Shown here: piece after piece, positions 59,137 through 64,000 of the stretch
How the letters are laid out: every line of letters starts with the position of its first letter
How positions within the stretch are numbered: position 1 is the first letter of the stretch
Assembly (NCBI GenBank): GCA_964106645.2
Contig: OZ067051.1
DNA length: 64,000 nt
Origin: Podarcis pityusensis
Lineage: Eukaryota
Direction: 5' to 3' (one strand)
Notes under the pieces: model-generated
The model's input: only the letters and a program-made list of their open reading frames with translations
The model's database searches: none
Told to the model about the DNA's origin: nothing
Translations under genes and position numbers: made by a program

Positions 59137-61321
59137 TATGTATATATTAATGCATATACATATACATATACACACTGTGTGTGTGTGTTTGGAGAGAGAA
59201 AGAGATAGAAAGAATGACTCTTTTGTGTTTGTTATTTTTATGCTTCAGGGCAACTGGAAAGGGGCGGCGGGGGGGGGGGGGAGACCCAGTGAAGTCTGTT
59301 GCTCTCAGATATCTAGAATTATATTAGACAGGCTTGAAAAAATATTTCAGATCCTAGGTGCCTGCATGTTCATTCCTGCCATGGTGCTCCTTCGTTACAA
59401 ATATTTGCTGCTTGCATGCTTAGAACTGTATTCACCATTAGTTAGAAGTTGAGTAGACCTATTGGAATTAATGGATGTGACCGACTTAAGTACGCTAATT
59501 TCGGTGGGTTTACTCTGAGTAGAAATTAGTTTGCCTACAACCCTTAGTGTAGATCTGCTAATTGGAAAATTACTGCATTTGTTATACTTCATAATTCCTG
59601 CCAAGGGCTAAGATAATGGATGTCAAGGAAGAAAATTGCAGGAGGCAGGAGGGACTAAGGGTCGTTTGGAGGAGTGATATAGGCTACAGAAACTACACTT
59701 GGTGATTTGATGTTGAACCTTCAGTGCTCATTGCTCATGCATTTGACAACTTTCCCCTCATATTGCTACAGAGAAACTCTTTTTGAACAAGGATAGTCCC
59801 GCTTAAGCATGGTTTAGGTTCTCTAACTTCTACAATGCATTTGGACCTTGTTGTTGCTCTTCAGATTTAACAGGGAAAATAGTAAGTGTACTTTATTGTC
59901 TTGCTTAGTTCTCCCCCCAATTCTGGATGTAAATAATTACTATTCATGATACTAGTGGAACCTCTTTTGTCTTTTTTTAAAACTGTGCTAGCATGTGTTT
60001 ACATCCTAGTTTTGAAGCACCCACTTCTGATATTTGCTTTGCCATAGCAGTGTTGCTCTTGTAGAAAGGAACAGCCTGAAGGCTGCTGGACATTCTGTAA
60101 GCTGGCAATGACTCCAAGTAGACTGTCTGCCAGGCAAGGAAAGCCTGGTGCACAGCCATGCTCTGGCAGTAACCAACACTTTAATCCCCTGCCTTGTTCA
60201 GGGCAGTGAGGTGTAGACCAGCCAGCAGAGTTGGTTCTGTGCCACATGGCAGAGTCCTTCTGTAACTGTTCATGCTGCTGGTCTTGTCGCTTTGTGCTTC
60301 CACAGCCATACAAGCATGCCAAATTGAACTCTTCTGTCTAGTAGTCCTTTCTACAACATAATGTTATAAACATTATTGCCTAACAAAGAAAGGTGAATCT
60401 GTATGTCTATGTGTAAGCATGGATTTAAAAAACCACAACTGGTGGCATGAATAGGACCTGCTTAAGACTTGGCAAAGATTAACTGTTTCAGCTATGCTCC
60501 CTAAAGCAAAGGGAATCTCTTTTCACTTAAAGGCAATCAATCCCTCTGTTGGTACTCTTTGATGGGATGGTTTCTTTCCTGACTGTTTTAGAATTGGCTT
60601 CCTTAGATGGTCTAAATACTAGTTCTAGACTCCAGAATGCTTCAGTTTAGATACCTTAAGCATGCTGGTGCTTTTATTAACTACCCTTTTCCTTCAGGTC
60701 CCAGGACGGGTTACAAGATTTTAAATATATCATGAAAAATGATTTAAAACTACAGTTACAAAAAATACAGTCACAAAAATAAGATTATGCTTCAGTTGAA
60801 ACCTTGTCATTTAAGGTACAGATGGGTGGAGTATAAATAATAAATTATTATTATTGTTGTTGTTGTTGTTGTTGTATTTTGTATACCCTTTCTCAAAAGG
60901 TGGTCTGACCATTTAAACAAGTATTCTATCACACCTCTTTTCTTCTAGCATAGAAATTTCCTCCTTTGCCCTGGAACTGTTGGATTGCAGCTCCTGCATC
61001 CAAATATATTCTCCTGCACCCCAGACATGACCAGATTAGAAATCACATTCCCCTGCTCAAATACAATAGATTTAATTCTAAAGAATATATGAGGGATAGT
61101 TGTACTAGATTTATAGTGAACATAGCCCATTGTAACAATGTATTCCTGCCTCTTTCTGAGCTCCTTAAATGTTGACTTGCAGCCACAGCAAAATGGTTTA
61201 TCTGTGGTAACAAGCTATTGAGGTAAAGTAACAATAGTATTTCCAGAATAAATATGGCACATATGTTAAATGAGTTAGTGCTCCTCTGTGAGTATCTTGA
61301 CTGACCCCCCCTTTTTTGAGG

Positions 61322-61322
<1 letters not shown>

Positions 61323-61388
<66 letters not shown>
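61323..61388. repeat. Compound (AT)n(AC)n(AT)n microsatellite
   Basis: Seen directly in the sequence. Confidence 0.95.
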
Positions 61389-64000
61389 GAATGTCCAGTG
61401 AATAGTAGAAGGGGAGACCTGCATCACCACAATCACATACACGTATTGGGGCACATGCAGTTCTTTCCCACCTTCCTTTTTTGAGGATGGATTGCTAAAA
61501 TGAGCCACATGTTAATTTGTATGCAGGATGGGATGGTGCATGAGGGCATGCTGCTCTACTACACGCATAAAGTCACTGCTCAGACTCTGCTGTCATTCTT
61601 CCTTGCTGGCTATGGACTTCCTTCATCTTATTCCCCCAGTGACTTGGCCTTGTTCTACCGTAGTTGAACAAGAACTGGCTCTGACAGCTGCTTTGTTGGG
61701 TCCCATCCCCCTGCCTCCCTTTAAAGACTAGTAGCTTCATTTTCTAGAAACATGCCACCCTTCCCAGTGCATTCCTAAAAAGCATTTTTCAAGGAAAAAT
61801 GTCAGTCAGCAATGCAGATTTTTCACTTTCTTTGTGGACTAAATAGCAGGTGCCTTTACAGAAGGACTGCAGGTAGCTATTTTCTGCAGAATGCTGTTTT
61901 GAAAAGGGGTGGAGGAGAATTAAACCTATTTCAAAAGTTTATTCTATTGTATAGAATAATTTATGATAGTATACTACTATTTGTACTCTTATGTATCCCA
62001 GGATTTATTTATTGACCAACTGTTTTTGTTTTGTTGTTTTTAAAAAAGACTTTATTATGAAATTAAAATAACAATCCAGTAAGGAATATAGTAAAAAAAA
62101 CCAAACCAACATTAACTGCAGAATTGCCCATAAAAAGCATGTGGTTGTCAAGGATTTCTGTTGAGATACAGTAGTTGCAAAAGTCGGCTGGCTTGGGTTC
62201 CAGTTAGGAGTCAACATTAAGGGTTTTATTTCAGCTGCCAAGATAAAGTTGTTTTTTAAAAGCAAACACCTTGAAAAGATTCTGTAAGTGGTGCCTTTCT
62301 TATGTCAGGTAGCCATGATGAAGGTGGGAGTTTAGGTTTTGGAACTTCAGGATGTAGCTTTTAATCAGCTTCCCCTTTTAACTCCTAGGTGAGTGAATAT
62401 TATTTTAGGGATCTGTTAAACAATTTATTCTGATGATAACTTGAATCCAAGAAGCAAGTGAAATAATATTGGAAGCCTATACTGACATGGCACACTTATG
62501 AACAGTGATTATCCTATTCCTGATTGTAAGAATATACTTAGCTCACTTTGAGGGGAAAGTTGCCTTGCCTGGTCCTCATCTTCGTCCCCTCCACATGCCT
62601 CAGGCAGATTAGGGTGATTGCATTAATGTAGCCAAATCTGGCCTTCAGGTGTTGATTCCTAGGGGGAAAGTGTACTGTGTGTGCAGTAGTTGGAATACAG
62701 AATCTACTAACCCACAAAGCTTACTGGATAAGCTCAAGGCAGTTGTCGTGTCTGAGTTTTAACTGCTACATAGGGTGGCTTTGAGAATAAAATGAAAGAA
62801 CCCCTAGGTAATCTGACCTGAGCTCCTTAGAGAAGAGGTGAGATATAATACTATCTGAATCAGTGGGCCCAAGCATATATGCAAAATATTAGAAACAGCA
62901 AAAGTGAGATGCCCAAGCCTCTTCATAAGTTAGCTTCAATTGAGAAATCTCCAGCTGAGGCAGTCAGACCCTTTCACCTCTAGGAGAAAATAGTGCATGA
63001 ATTAAAGTTTCTGGACATGGCATCTCTTTCTTTGATCACCTTCTCAAAATTCACAATTCTTTCAGGGGAAATATTGGGTGATATCACTACAGCCTGATTG
63101 CTTGCTACATGTTTCCGATGCAGAAGGGTGAGGGTCTGCCTCCAAGAAGACTTATCAGGTCAACATCTGCTTAGCTTCAGCACTTCTGCAAAATCAGATG
63201 ACCTTGGACCATTTAGTAGGTCCTGCTGGATTTAAATATATTCTGAAAAAGAAACCTGAAGAATCTTACTATCTCATTTGCATAGGGTCAAAACATGATG
63301 CACTCCATAATGAGACACACAGACACACGACTTTCTGATGTAAAAAAAAAGTGCTCTTGCTTTTATCGGTCACTTTGACTGAAATTCAGCTTGTTTTGAC
63401 ACAGAGAATTGACAATCGTGCTTCCTGAAACTGCTTCAAAAGAGTCCTTAAACTACTGTTCAAATAGTGGAAAACGTTAAGTGTGCCCTCTGCATTATCT
63501 TGCTTGCTCTTCTCCTCTCCTACCCTTTTGCATCTAATAAGCTGTATGTTCATTTCTGAAGATGACTTGGCTTTTGCTTCCATCAGTGCAATGTAGTGTT
63601 GAACTGCATCTCCCTAGTGTGAGTAGCATTAATCCTACTGTTCACCAATGAAAAGCAATGTTTTGTAAGTAGGCTGCATGATGTTTGAAATTAGATGCTG
63701 GCTTTTGTGGTCTTGGATGCTGAACAGATTTTAGAAGGTCTGTGCATTGTGTTAAATGTTCATGTGATGGTAGTGGTTGCTTTTTAAATGTACTATCTTT
63801 GAAATAGTTCAGTATATTAGGAATGTGGGCAAGTGTTTTTGTACATATGCATAGTATTTTTTAGAAAGTCAAAACTTAATTGCTGTAGAAACACATTTGC
63901 TGGGAATTTTTCTTAGCCATTAATCCCAGCAGGCACTTCGGGAGTTTGTATATTTGTTTTCAGTTAACTAAGCAATGCTTTGGCATTTAATGCAAAGTGT

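Noticed and set aside
49011-64000. USP22 exon 2 (expected AKSCICH...)
   Set aside because: No matching coding sequence was found by eye. It is presumably beyond the window, although it could fall in the gap.

Overview
Eukaryotic vertebrate genomic DNA. The Sauria SINE, Bov-B and Penelope repeat content indicates a squamate reptile, possibly a lacertid lizard (inference). Three protein-coding genes lie in the same order and orientation I recall for human 17p11.2. TMEM11 (+) is complete: 2 coding exons, 4553-15500, 195 aa. DHRS7B (-) is complete: 7 coding exons, 35083-18714, 323 aa, convergent with TMEM11. USP22 (+) is present only as coding exon 1 (48885-49010), divergent from DHRS7B, and its intron 1 runs past the window end. 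Each gene has a CpG-island promoter. Introns and intergenic DNA are dense in retroelements (L2, CR1, Bov-B, Sauria and other tRNA-derived SINEs) and non-autonomous DNA transposons (TA-target Tigger/pogo-like and 8-bp-TSD hAT-like MITEs), several of them nested. The most notable items are: (1) a young Penelope-like palindromic insertion in TMEM11 intron 1 carrying an intact-looking minimal hammerhead ribozyme on the sense strand; (2) an IFI27/ISG12-like processed pseudogene retrotransposed into a Sauria SINE in USP22 intron 1; (3) a tandem splice donor in DHRS7B exon 1 that can turn the first exon into a uORF; (4) a uORF whose stop overlaps the USP22 start codon; (5) two unexplained perfect hairpins and a CpG-rich intergenic island with ORFs. 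There is a 200-N assembly gap at 49711-49910. No prokaryotic systems or CRISPR arrays are present, and most ORF-track entries are spurious.
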